Shown: piece after piece, positions 35,068 through 45,783 of the stretch
Numbering within the stretch: position 1 is the stretch's first letter
How the letters are laid out: each line of letters opens with the position of its first letter
Origin: an uncultured Clostridia bacterium
GTDB lineage: Bacteria; Bacillota; Clostridia; TANB77; CAG-508
Assembly (NCBI GenBank): GCA_944392425.1
Contig: CALXWM010000003.1
Location: 1 to 62,542 of the forward strand
Length of the DNA stretch: 62,542 bases
Reading direction: 5' to 3'
Made by a program: the position numbers and the translations under genes
The notes under the pieces: model-generated
Databases searched by the model: none
What the model saw: only the letters and a program-made list of their open reading frames with translations
What the model was told of the DNA's origin: nothing

Positions 35068-36840
35068 ATGGTTGGTAGATTGAGTGTAAGAAAACGTATG
35101 AAAAATTCTATTTTTTTATCTGTCATACTAATGATAGCCTTAACAGTTAGAATAGGATATATTCAACTTATTCAAGGAGATGAGCTAAAAGAAAAAGCTT
35201 ATGCTCAACAAACATCAGATAGAGCTATAAGTAGCAAAAGAGGTACTATATATGATGCAACCGGAAAAGTAGTGCTGGCTGTAAGTAGTACTGTAGAAAC
35301 AGTTACTGTAAATCCAACTCATATAAAAGATGAAGATAAAGAAAAAGTAGCACAAAAACTTAGCGAAATATTTGAACTGGATTATGATACTGTTTTAAAA
35401 AGAGTAAAAAAACGTTCGTCTATAGAAACTATAGTTAGAAAAGTTGACAAAGAAAAAACAGACATTTTAAGAGGGTGGATGAGTGAAAATAATATTACAG
35501 AAGGAATTAATATTGATGAAGATTCAAAAAGATATTATCCGTTAAATAACTTAGCATCTCAGGTGATTGGATTTTGTGGGAGTGACAACCAAGGTTTAAA
35601 TGGAATTGAAGCAAAATATGATGAATATTTAAAAGGAAAAGCAGGGTCAATAAGTAAAGTAACAGACGCATCAGGTGGAAATATAGAAGACAATCCGGAA
35701 GAATACAATGAGCCACAAGATGGAGATGATTTGGTTTTAACAATAGATGCAAATGTTCAGGCAATAGCTGAAAAATATTTAAAAGAAGCATGTATTGACA
35801 ATAGCTGTACAGATGGTGGAAATGTTATTATAATGAACCCTAAAACTGGAGATATATTGGCACTAGCAGGCTATCCAGATTATAACTTAAATGATCCTTT
35901 TGCTGTAGATGAAAGTTTACCAAAAGAAGAACAAAATACTCAAATGCAAAGTTTGTGGCGTAATAAAGCCATATCTGATACATATGAGCCTGGTTCAACT
36001 TTTAAGTTAGTAACAACATCAGCAGCATTGGAAGAAGGAATAACTACGCCAGATAAAGAAGGAGAATTTACTTGTGTTGGATATATAGATGTAGCAGGGG
36101 TAAAAATGAAATGTTGGAGATACTACAGACCTCATGGTTCAGAAAGTTTAAGGCAGGCACTAATGAATTCTTGTAATCCAGTATTTATAGGATTGGGACA
36201 AAAAATAGGAGTTCATAAATATTATGAGTACTTAAATAAATTTGGATTTTTTAATACAACTGGTGTAGATTTACCAGGAGAGGCAAATTCAATATTTTTA
36301 AAAGAAGACAAAGTGGGACCTGTTGAACTAGGAACAATTGCATTTGGTCAAAGATTCGAAGTAACGCCAATACAAATGGCTACAATGCTATCTACAATAG
36401 CTAATGGAGGAGTTTATACAAAACCTAGAATAGTAAAACAAATAATAAGTAATACAGAAGTTGACGAAAATGGAAACAAAAAAGTTACAAATATAGAACC
36501 AGTTTATGGAGACAGAGTAATATCGGAAGAAACAGCAAAAAATGTTTTAAGCATGATGTACACAGTTGTAGATGAAGGAACTGGTAAAAATGCTAAAGTT
36601 GCAGGTTACTCTATTGGTGGAAAAACTGGAACATCAGAAGATGGAGTAAACACAGGAAAATATGTAACATCATTTATTGGAACAGCTCCAATAGAAGATC
36701 CACAAGTAGTTATGCTAATTACATTATATAATCCAACAGGAGAAGGAGGACACCAAGGAGGTGGCGTAGCGGCACCAGTTGCAGGTCAAATATTTAGCGA
36801 AATACTACCATATTTAGAAGTACAAAAAAATGAAGAATAA
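35068..36840 (+). CDS. Class B penicillin-binding protein (FtsI/PBP2B/SpoVD family transpeptidase)
   Basis: N-terminal TM, dimerisation domain, SxxK (GSTFK), SxN (SCN), KTG (GKTGT). No C-terminal PASTA domain recognised. Confidence 0.92.
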   Translation: MVGRLSVRKRMKNSIFLSVILMIALTVRIGYIQLIQGDELKEKAYAQQTSDRAISSKRGTIYDATGKVVLAVSSTVETVTVNPTHIKDEDKEKVAQKLSEIFELDYDTVLKRVKKRSSIETIVRKVDKEKTDILRGWMSENNITEGINIDEDSKRYYPLNNLASQVIGFCGSDNQGLNGIEAKYDEYLKGKAGSISKVTDASGGNIEDNPEEYNEPQDGDDLVLTIDANVQAIAEKYLKEACIDNSCTDGGNVIIMNPKTGDILALAGYPDYNLNDPFAVDESLPKEEQNTQMQSLWRNKAISDTYEPGSTFKLVTTSAALEEGITTPDKEGEFTCVGYIDVAGVKMKCWRYYRPHGSESLRQALMNSCNPVFIGLGQKIGVHKYYEYLNKFGFFNTTGVDLPGEANSIFLKEDKVGPVELGTIAFGQRFEVTPIQMATMLSTIANGGVYTKPRIVKQIISNTEVDENGNKKVTNIEPVYGDRVISEETAKNVLSMMYTVVDEGTGKNAKVAGYSIGGKTGTSEDGVNTGKYVTSFIGTAPIEDPQVVMLITLYNPTGEGGHQGGGVAAPVAGQIFSEILPYLEVQKNEE

Positions 36841-36878
36841 AACAAGACAAATAGTAAATATATGCAAAAAAACAAGAA

Positions 36879-36917
36879 TTGACAAAAAGAGATTTACGTA
36901 ATATTACGTAATATAAT
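36879..36917 (+). promoter_or_regulatory. Candidate promoter overlapped by two TTACGTAA palindromes at 10-bp spacing
   Basis: TTGACA (36879-36884), 17 nt, TATTAC (36902-36907); an alternative TATAAT lies at 36912-36917. Perfect 8-bp palindromes TTACGTAA at 36894-36901 and 36904-36911. Confidence 0.4.
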
Positions 36918-37031
36918 ATTAACGGTTACATTACCATTGTTCACGAGTTTTTATTTCAGAAAGAGGTGCAACTTATGATTTAGACAAAATGATAGTATGA
37001 AATCAAAAAAGAATGAAGGAAGGTAAATGAA

Positions 37032-40000
37032 ATGAAAAAACGGCGTAAATTGCTAAGTTTGATTTTGAGCTTAGCACTTTTGCTTACTCTAGCACAGCCA
37101 GTATTGGCACTAGGTGTAAGCGAAGGCAATTCCACTTCTACATATGAAGAATATGTAGAAGAAAATCAATCGACTCCTGAAACTGCTGATGATGAAATTC
37201 AGCAAGAAGAGCAGAAAGATGGAGAGACAACCGAACAAGACACAACCGAACAAGGTGTAACCAGTACCGAACAAGGCAAAACCGAAGAAGAAGTAACCCA
37301 GAACGAAGAGCAAGTTGTAACCAACGAACTTGTTAGACCGCGAATGCTTGCGCTAGATGCCGGTAATGAAATTACTTGGACTGATGGAGGAGAATTTCCC
37401 TATATTACCAAGGTACAAATTACCGACGAAAATGGCAACGGCATTGGAGATAATACATTTGATAGGGATCAAGGAATCAATCTGAGATTTGAGTTCTCGA
37501 TTCCTAACGATGTGATTATCCAATCCGGCGAGATGTATACAATTCCAATCCCGGAAGGGTTTGAGATTGTCAACGATCTGGCAGAAATGCAATTGGACGA
37601 ATCAAGTAGCATAAATGCTACTTGGGAACTTAAGGGTAATACTATTACAATTAGGTTTTACGAGTCGCTAGATGCATATTCCAATGTATCGGGCTATATG
37701 CAGATCGGTTGCTGGTTTGACAAAGATTCACAGCTGGGTCAAGACGGCGAAGACATCACATTTGTAATTGACGGCAAAACCTACACGGTTGACGTGTACT
37801 ATGACGAGATTACAGATGCAAAGTCTGCCAATGTAAGCAAAAAGGGATCTTACAACCAAAACACAAAAGAGGTAACTTGGACCATTACTGTTACTCCTGA
37901 TAGCAATAATGCAACATTGGCAGGAGTAACTATTAGTGACTCCTATGATACCTCGATTTTGGACTATGTAGAAGGGTCCTTCACTGTAAATGGAACAGCA
38001 ATTGCTGATTCGAATGTAAGTTTTAGTGAAACAGGGTTTACATATCAGTTCCCAACTGATACTACTCCTGGCACGAAAACAATTACGTTCAAAACAGCAG
38101 TTATGGACAGCTATTTCCTAAGTGAAGCAAATTCTGTGAGCAACTTTGTTTCCAGCATTATGCCTAATGGAGATAAGTCTTCTGAGGCAAATGCTGAAAC
38201 AACTGTTCCGAAGCAAAATATGGAGAAAGTTGCAAGCAGCTACAATGCTGTTACACAGAGGATTACTTGGAAAATAGTGGCTAACAAAAACAGGCTTAGC
38301 CTGCAGGATGCTACTATTGTAGACAAGTACCCTGAAGGCAGTGAAATTGACACAAACTCGATTAGAGTGGGAGGTCAAAAAGTTACCGACTTTACAATTG
38401 ACAGCACTAGTAGAACTTTGACCATTAATCTCGGAGATATTAGCGACTCGGTAACAATCACATATGATATGATTATTACCGATTTCAGCAAATTCCAGCA
38501 GAGCAATGGGAGCTACAAAGTTGAAAACTATGCTGAGCTCAAGTCTGGAAACGACGTCATTGAAAAGGTAAATGGAGAAACTGGTATCGGTATTGGAACC
38601 AGTAACATTCCCATCGACAAAGGTGGCAATGTAAGGGTAAACTATGCTTATGGTCAGTATATTGAGTGGTGGGTTAACATTAACTCCATGAACTCTCCTG
38701 ACTATAAGGAAATTACCGAACCCATCGTGTTTACCGATGTGCTTCCTGAAGGCCTGAAGTTTGCTAGTAATGGTCAAATGACTATTACATGCAATTGGCC
38801 AGATGGCAGTCATGCTATTAACTATTTGACTAGCTCGGAAGTTTACAATTCCCAGACTAATACTGTGAGTTAAACCATAACTCCTGGTATGAGCTTTGGG
38901 GGCAAGACGTCTAGTCCAGATTGCTGGTACACAATTTCCATTCCAACAGAAATTGTTGGAACTCAGGAAGGTAGTTTTACAAACACTGCTAGCGTAACTG
39001 TAGGAAACCAGACCAATAGCGACAGTGCTACTGTAGAAGTTTCCTACAAGACCGAAGACATGATTGGAAAATCCGGATCGTATGATTATGCAAATAATAC
39101 ATACAGCTGGACCATTCAGGTAAACAAAGGTAAGCAAGCGCTAGAAAACCCGGTTATTGTGGACTACCTGCCGGAAGGACATGTGCCTGCAGATGATTAC
39201 ATCTTAATGGGCGCTACGCGTGTACCTCTAAATGGTGAGGACACTTATGGCGACACAGCCGTATATGATTCGGCTACAAATACCATCACCATTAAGAGAG
39301 ATGGGACCCTATATAATAATGCTCTTAATATTTATATTAGGACAAAATATGTAGGGGAGAAACCTCAAGGGGATGCGACTAATAATGTCGAGCTCAAAGC
39401 AGACAATATTAGACAAACCTTTAAGGCGAGTCATACCATCAAGTACAAGCCGTTGCCTATTCTGGTTAAGAAAACCAACTATGTAAGCGGTGATACCATT
39501 ACTTGGCAAGTTGTTCTTAACCTAGATCACGACGACTTGGGACATCTGAGCTTGACCGACGAGCTTAGCCCAGGACTCAGTTTTGACACTTCTAGCGTCA
39601 AACTGTATCTTGCTACCATATCTAACGATGGTAGTATTACTGCAACAGATACTCAAATATTTGTTGACAGTGAAGGGATTAAGTATGATTCAACTACTGG
39701 GTTAGTAACAATAGCACTACCGGACATTGACACCCATCAGTGCTATATATTGGAGTTTGATACCTATATTCAGGATAAAACTCTGACGAGTGTTACCAAC
39801 TCGATAACGTTCACTGGAACCGAATTCCAAGAAAGTGCTACCAGCGACAATGTTATCCTCAAGACGACATCTAGTGGTAGCGGAATCGTGGGAGAAGCGG
39901 GGACAGTAAGGATCAAAAAACTGGATCAGGTAACGGACAAACCTTTGGAAGGTGTTACATTCCAGCTTTTGAACCAAAACAAAGAACCCATAACTTCTGC

Positions 40001-40709
40001 AGGTTGGGCAGTAACCAATTCTGAAGGTGTTGCGGAGTTCGAGGACTGGCTCAGGCTGGATACCACATACTATATCCAAGAAGTAAGAACAATTGAAGGA
40101 TATGTGTATGACGACACCATGTACGAGGTTAAAGTAAACAGTAGCGACGAAGACAAAGTCATTGAAGTTACGGTTTACAATCAGCCGGATGCAAAGGTTA
40201 CAGTCGAAGGTACCAAAACGTGGGATGACGAAAACAACAAAGATGGCATCCGCCCCGAAAGCATCAAGGTCAATCTTCTTGCCGATGGTAAGATCGTTCA
40301 GACAATTGATGTAACTGCAGAAGACGGCTGGAAGTACAGCTTTACTGACTTGCCGAAATACGCAGAAGGGAAAGAAATTGTTTATACAATTTCTGAGGAG
40401 CCAGTTAGCGGGTACGAAACAACGATTGATGGTTATAACCTGACCAACAAACACACACCAGAACCGGAAAAAGATCCTGAAGGAGGAACTACGACGGAAA
40501 ATACTCCGACGCCTACTCCCGAAAGCACGGTCAAGACTTCGTCTACGCCTGAACCTACACCTCAGGCTACAAATACGCCGAACATTAACCAATCTCCTGT
40601 ACCTCAAACAGGTGATTCGATGAACATCACTATGATTGCGGTCATTGCCATTATTGCTTTGGCAGGATTGATCACTTTCATGGTAATGAAAAGAAAAACT
40701 CGTAAGTGA
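37032..40709 (+). pseudogene. LPXTG-type Cna-like surface adhesin interrupted by a single in-frame TAA (ORFs 37032-38873 and 38889-40709)
   Basis: ORF1 has the signal peptide but no anchor. ORF2 has no signal peptide but carries a SpaA-like domain, a CnaB domain (GTKTWDDENNKDGIRPESIKVNLL...WKYSFTDLPKY) and a P/T-rich wall spacer. It ends with VPQTGD (40599-40616), a TM and KRKTRK. Both ORFs are in the same frame; the TAA is at 38871-38873. Confidence 0.75.
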
Positions 40710-40743
40710 TTAATCCCATAACTGTAGGAAATCACTAGAACAG

Positions 40744-40771
40744 AGAGGAGCCACCAACTGGTGGCTCCTCT
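40744..40771 (+). terminator. GC-rich rho-independent terminator
   Basis: agaggagccacc (40744-40755), loop aact, ggtggctcctct (40760-40771), followed by a T-rich tail. Confidence 0.8.
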
Positions 40772-40881
40772 TCATTATTATTTTTGTGTTATTTAATTAT
40801 AACTGAACCATATATCTTTGACAAAAAGCTCAAAATATGTTACAATAAAAACGATTTTGACGATGAAAAGAGAGGAAGCAT

Positions 40882-42132
40882 ATGGAAAAGAAAATAAAAT
40901 TTGGAATAGGTTTTGTTACAGGTAGACCAAATGTATGTAGAATAATTAACAGCTACTACAAAAATATGATAGAGCAAGTAAGTAGATATAAATACAAAAT
41001 TGAAATTACAATTTTTATTCTCTTTGACACCTCTTATCAACAATGTAAAAGAGAAGATTTTTACAACTTGATCCCAGATGTATATAAATATATTAAAGTT
41101 AAATATATTACACCAGAGGAAATTCAAGAAGAAATAAAAAAGACAACAGTAAGAAATCAAATGAAAGCAGAAGATATGAATTTCTTTTTGGGATATGGAC
41201 ATGCCAAAGGTAGAAATACAGTAATGTATTATGCTATAAAATATAAAATGGATTACTTATTATTTTGGGATGATGATGAATACCCTGTAGCAATATCTAA
41301 AGTAAATGGAAAGAATGTTTGGCTAGAACAAGACAATATACTAAAACACTTAGAATTTATGGAAAAAGAACATGCAGATGGAACAATAGGCTATCATTGT
41401 GGGTATATATCTCCAATTCCATATATTGATTACACAGATAAATTTAATGAACAAGACATGAAGGATTTTATTGAAGCAATAAGTAATGATATTATTTCAT
41501 GGGAATCAATAAGTGAAAAAATGAAAAATAATAATGGAGTAACATATGCTGATATAAACATTGCTAAAGGAAATGGAGCATATGAAATAAAAAGTGAAGG
41601 AGGAGGAAAATGGGTTGCAGGTTCTACACTTTGCTTAAATCTAAATAATAGAGATAAAATACCAGCATTTTATAATCCTCCACTTGCTAGAGGCGAAGAC
41701 ACCTTCTTTTCTACATTATTAGGAAATTCTAGAATATTTAGAATACCAGTTTATCACTTTCATGATGGCTTCTTAAAATACACTGAAATAATGAATAAAA
41801 CATATCCTAAGAGTCTCAGAAAAATTAATGTAAAAGAACAATGTATAGAGAGTAGATTTTTAAAGGCTTCTATAGGATGGGTAAAATATAAACCATTACT
41901 TTTGTATATCAAAGATAGAGAGTCTTACAATGATAAAATTCAAGAAATGAGAAATAATTTAATGGAAAGTATACCTAAAATAAACGCAGCATTTGAAAAT
42001 AATAAATTTTCTATTTTGTTGGAAGAACTTGACAAATATGATAGAGATGTAGAAAAACATTATGAGGATTATAAATATACAAATAAAATTTGGAACGAGC
42101 TAAAAAGTAAAATTAATAATGAGGTAACCTGA
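40882..42132 (+). CDS. Putative GT-A-fold glycosyltransferase-like protein
   Basis: GYGHAKGRNTVMYYA...YLLFWDDDEYP (DxD-like acidic motif). SD agagagga. The family assignment is weak. Confidence 0.4.
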   Translation: MEKKIKFGIGFVTGRPNVCRIINSYYKNMIEQVSRYKYKIEITIFILFDTSYQQCKREDFYNLIPDVYKYIKVKYITPEEIQEEIKKTTVRNQMKAEDMNFFLGYGHAKGRNTVMYYAIKYKMDYLLFWDDDEYPVAISKVNGKNVWLEQDNILKHLEFMEKEHADGTIGYHCGYISPIPYIDYTDKFNEQDMKDFIEAISNDIISWESISEKMKNNNGVTYADINIAKGNGAYEIKSEGGGKWVAGSTLCLNLNNRDKIPAFYNPPLARGEDTFFSTLLGNSRIFRIPVYHFHDGFLKYTEIMNKTYPKSLRKINVKEQCIESRFLKASIGWVKYKPLLLYIKDRESYNDKIQEMRNNLMESIPKINAAFENNKFSILLEELDKYDRDVEKHYEDYKYTNKIWNELKSKINNEVT

Positions 42133-42134
42133 TA

Positions 42135-43043
42135 ATGAATAATGATTTAATTAGTATAATAATACCATCTTGTAATAGAAAAGAGTTTTTATGCAAAGCA
42201 ATAAACTCAGTATTAGATCAATCATACAAAAATATAGAAATAATAATTGTAGATGATGCTTCTAAGGATGGAACGGAAGAATATGTTAAGCAAAAGTATG
42301 AAAATAATTCTAATATAAAATATTACAAAAATGATGTAAATATGGGAGCAGGAGCAAGTAGAAAAAGAGGACTTTCATATGCACAAGGTGATTATTTAAT
42401 CTTTATGGACGATGATGATTACTATATTGACTACAGATTTTTTGAAAGTGCAATTAAAATTTTACTTTCTAATGACAAAATAAGTTTTGTATCATCTAGT
42501 TCAATAATAGAATATGTAAATGAAAATAGAAGAGAAAAGAGTATTATGAATATAGAAGGGGAGATAAATAATGCTGAATATTTATCATCTTTTCAACAAA
42601 AATACATGAAAAGTAATTCAACTTTTACAACTATATTTAGAAAATCATCACTACAAAAAGCTGATATTAAAGAAGTTGAAATGCTTAATGACTCTACAAT
42701 ATATTTAAGAGCATTATTAACAGGAAATGCATATGTTTTAAAAACAATATCCGGGATATATAGAGTTCATTCAAATAATATTAGTAAAAATCTTAAAGTA
42801 GAATTTATAATTCAAAACTTGGACGAAAAATACAAAGTATATCAAGAAATAAAAAAACGAAAATTGTTAAACCATGCGGAAGAATGGCTAAAAAATCAAA
42901 TACTATTAACAATTTCTTTTTGGCTAAGACTAAATAAAACAGAAGAAAAAGAAATTAATAAATTAATTAATTGGTGTAACAATAATTTAAGTGATATAAA
43001 AAAAGACGTTATCAATTTCATAAGGAGAACAGTAAGTGAATAA
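42135..43043 (+). CDS. Family 2 glycosyltransferase
   Basis: ISIIIPSCNR...LDQSY.NIEIIIVDDASKDGT...GDYLIFMDDDD, the canonical GT2 N-terminal signature. Confidence 0.85.
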   Translation: MNNDLISIIIPSCNRKEFLCKAINSVLDQSYKNIEIIIVDDASKDGTEEYVKQKYENNSNIKYYKNDVNMGAGASRKRGLSYAQGDYLIFMDDDDYYIDYRFFESAIKILLSNDKISFVSSSSIIEYVNENRREKSIMNIEGEINNAEYLSSFQQKYMKSNSTFTTIFRKSSLQKADIKEVEMLNDSTIYLRALLTGNAYVLKTISGIYRVHSNNISKNLKVEFIIQNLDEKYKVYQEIKKRKLLNHAEEWLKNQILLTISFWLRLNKTEEKEINKLINWCNNNLSDIKKDVINFIRRTVSE

Positions 43044-44091
43044 AAGAATATTTATATTAGCGTATGCTAGAAAGAATTTGGGCGATGATTTATTTATACA
43101 AATGATATTAAAAAAATATCCTAAATATGACTTCTATATGAAAGTACAAGACAGCAAATTTTTAGATAAATTAGCAGAAAACAAAAACTTGCATATTTTA
43201 ATTGGACCAGACACAGATGAAGAATTATATAATTCAAACCCAGAAGATTATGACGCCTATATTTATGTCGGGGGTTCAATTTTTATGGAGGGTGGAAAAG
43301 TTTATAATCTATCACAAAAATTTTATGAATTTGTTAAATCCTGCAATGAAGCGAACATTCCTTTTATATATATTAGCTCAAATTATGGACCGTATAAAAC
43401 ACAAGAATATTTTAACTTATCTAGAGAAAATTTTAAAGTATGCACAGATATATGCTTTAGGGATAAATATTCTTATAACCTATTTAAAGATATTGAAAAT
43501 GTTAGATATGCGCCGGATTATATATTTAGTTATGATTTAAAATTATCAGAAAAAATACCAAATAGTGTAGGAATTACAGTTATTAACTTTGATATAAGAA
43601 ATGAATTAAAAAAAATTAGCGATTCTTATAAAAAATGGTTGCTGAATAACATAAATTACTATATAAAAAAAGATTGCAAAATATATCTATTTTCTTTTTG
43701 TAAATATGAAGGTGATGAAGACACCATAGATTTCATTTTAAATAATACTAGTTATGCTGATAAAATAATAGATATCAGATATAGAGGTGATATAGGTCAG
43801 TTTTTAAATAATTATAATAAAATGGAGTACATGATTTGTGCAAGATTTCATGCAATGGTATTATCTTGCTTATCAAATCAGAAAATGTATATAACTTCTT
43901 ATAGTAACAAAATTAATAATGTAATAAGAGATTTGAAATTAGATATACCTGTACTAAATTTTCAAAATTTAAAAGAAAAAGAACTTCTTAAACTAGAAAA
44001 CTTTAAGTCAGTTGATAAATTAAAATTAGAAAAAATAAAAGAAGATTCTAAAAAACAAGAAGAAAAATTGTTAGAGATAATGAAATCATAG
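43036..44091 (+). CDS. Polysaccharide pyruvyl transferase family protein (CsaB-like)
   Basis: GTG start after aaggag, overlapping the previous gene by 8 nt. The N-terminus FILAYARKNLGDDLF and the ...ARFHAMVLS pattern resemble PS pyruvyl transferases. Confidence 0.5.
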   Translation: MNKRIFILAYARKNLGDDLFIQMILKKYPKYDFYMKVQDSKFLDKLAENKNLHILIGPDTDEELYNSNPEDYDAYIYVGGSIFMEGGKVYNLSQKFYEFVKSCNEANIPFIYISSNYGPYKTQEYFNLSRENFKVCTDICFRDKYSYNLFKDIENVRYAPDYIFSYDLKLSEKIPNSVGITVINFDIRNELKKISDSYKKWLLNNINYYIKKDCKIYLFSFCKYEGDEDTIDFILNNTSYADKIIDIRYRGDIGQFLNNYNKMEYMICARFHAMVLSCLSNQKMYITSYSNKINNVIRDLKLDIPVLNFQNLKEKELLKLENFKSVDKLKLEKIKEDSKKQEEKLLEIMKS

Positions 44092-44187
44092 AAAAACTTG
44101 TAAAATTTTGTCAAAAACTATTGCAATATGTCGAAAATAGTAATATTATATTAAATATGGAAATAGTTAGGTATGAGGAGTAAAATT

Positions 44188-45516
44188 ATGAATATTGCAA
44201 TACTTGAAGGCAATGCTTTAATCATATGCATAAGCATTATTATTTATACAGGTATAGCCATAGCCTTACAAAATAAAATACTAGCAAATGTTTTAACAAT
44301 AAATAAAGAAACTATAAAAAGAACTTGGATGGTTCAAACCGTCCTTGTTTCTTTTATACGTATGGCTACGCCTATGCCATATTCTATAATATTGGAAGTA
44401 GCTGTTCAAATGTTAATCTACAAATGGGTGTTAAATTTTAAATTTGAAAAACTTATAATTCTAGAAGAAATAAATCTAATAATGTCTACTAGTGCAAATT
44501 TAATTTGTGCAAAAATCAATCAAACAAATTTATTTTCTCAAATTTCAAACAATATAATCATGTTTATAATCGCGGGTTTTATAGCTATTTTTATTTATGC
44601 ACTTTTACTTATCTTGGTCAAAAAATTAAAATTAAAAATCGCACTTCCAGATAATATAAATGAAAAGTCAAAGAATCAAATAATTGAAGTAAGTGTCATT
44701 TCGTCAGTACTAATACTTATTAATGAAATAAGTTTATTTGAAATGCTTAATATACTTCCAACAGCAATATATTTTTTAGCTATTATTGTATTTATTTGCT
44801 ATTACATAATAACAGTAATAAGCATTAATAAAACAGTTCAAATAGAAACAGAGCAAAGCAAAGTAAGTGAACTAGAGGGAAGTAATACAAGATTAAAAGA
44901 AAGTTTTGATGATATTTGCTCATTCAGACATGATATGAAAAACATTATGCAAGGATTAGGCGGATATATAGCTGCAAAAGATATGGATGGTCTTACAAAC
45001 ATGTATAATGAATTTATATGTGATTGCAAAGGCGTACAAAACAGGCAAGACTTTGATAAAATAGCAAAATCCAATCCAGCAATTTATAACATAATAAATA
45101 ACAAATATTTAGAAGCTAAAAAAGATGGAATAAATATAACAGTAGAGATTTATACTGATCTAAATGGTTTGAAAATAAAAACTTACGAATTATGCAGAGT
45201 TCTTGGAATTTTAATAGATAATGCAATAGAAGCAACAAAAGAATGTAACAACAAGCAAATATGGATCAAATTTATAAAAGACAATTACAACAACAGAAAT
45301 TTAGTAATAATAGAAAATCCGTGTAAAAATACATTATTGGATTTATCTAAATTAAAAGAAAAAGGATTTACAACTAAAAAAGATAAAATTTTTCATGGTC
45401 TAGGTTTATGGAGAGTAAATCAAATAATTAAAAAGAATGAAAACTTGCGTTTAGCTACCTCACGCGAGGAAGGGAACATATTTAAACAGCAGTTGGAGAT
45501 TTATAATTGGAAATAA
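44188..45516 (+). CDS. HPK10-type (AgrC/ComD-like) GHKL sensor histidine kinase, orphan
   Basis: About 6 N-terminal TM helices. H-box SFRHDMKNIMQGL, N-box LGILIDNAIEA, G-box HGLGLW. I prefer ATG 44188 (SD gaggag upstream) over the ORF-track 44173. Confidence 0.75.
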   Translation: MNIAILEGNALIICISIIIYTGIAIALQNKILANVLTINKETIKRTWMVQTVLVSFIRMATPMPYSIILEVAVQMLIYKWVLNFKFEKLIILEEINLIMSTSANLICAKINQTNLFSQISNNIIMFIIAGFIAIFIYALLLILVKKLKLKIALPDNINEKSKNQIIEVSVISSVLILINEISLFEMLNILPTAIYFLAIIVFICYYIITVISINKTVQIETEQSKVSELEGSNTRLKESFDDICSFRHDMKNIMQGLGGYIAAKDMDGLTNMYNEFICDCKGVQNRQDFDKIAKSNPAIYNIINNKYLEAKKDGINITVEIYTDLNGLKIKTYELCRVLGILIDNAIEATKECNNKQIWIKFIKDNYNNRNLVIIENPCKNTLLDLSKLKEKGFTTKKDKIFHGLGLWRVNQIIKKNENLRLATSREEGNIFKQQLEIYNWK

Positions 45517-45542
45517 TAAGAATTAAATTTTATTCTAAAAAG

Positions 45543-45574
45543 CAAGATTATTTCGCATATAATCTTGTTTTTTT
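45543..45574 (+). terminator. Rho-independent terminator
   Basis: caagattat (45543-45551) pairs with ataatcttg (45559-45567), then T7. Confidence 0.7.
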
Positions 45575-45783
45575 AATAAAATAAGTTATATAATATAATA
45601 AGCATCATTTTAGGCAATTGAATAAAATGATAAACCGTAAAATTTTAGTAAAAACACATCTTATATAGAGAAAAAACTAAATGCCAATAGTAGCTAAAAA
45701 GGAAAAACTAAAATTACGGCAAATATTATTATAAGGAGGAAGATATATTAAGTAAAATTAAGACTTAATTTATCGCAAAAATT

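Noticed and set aside
38118-40607. Long minus-strand ORFs (339 aa at 38118-39137, 296 aa at 39717-40607) within the Cna-like adhesin gene.
   Set aside because: They are antisense to a gene with clear domain logic (CnaB, sorting signal). Their length is explained by the locally higher G+C, which lowers stop-codon frequency. The Arg/Cys-rich nonsense composition also argues against them.
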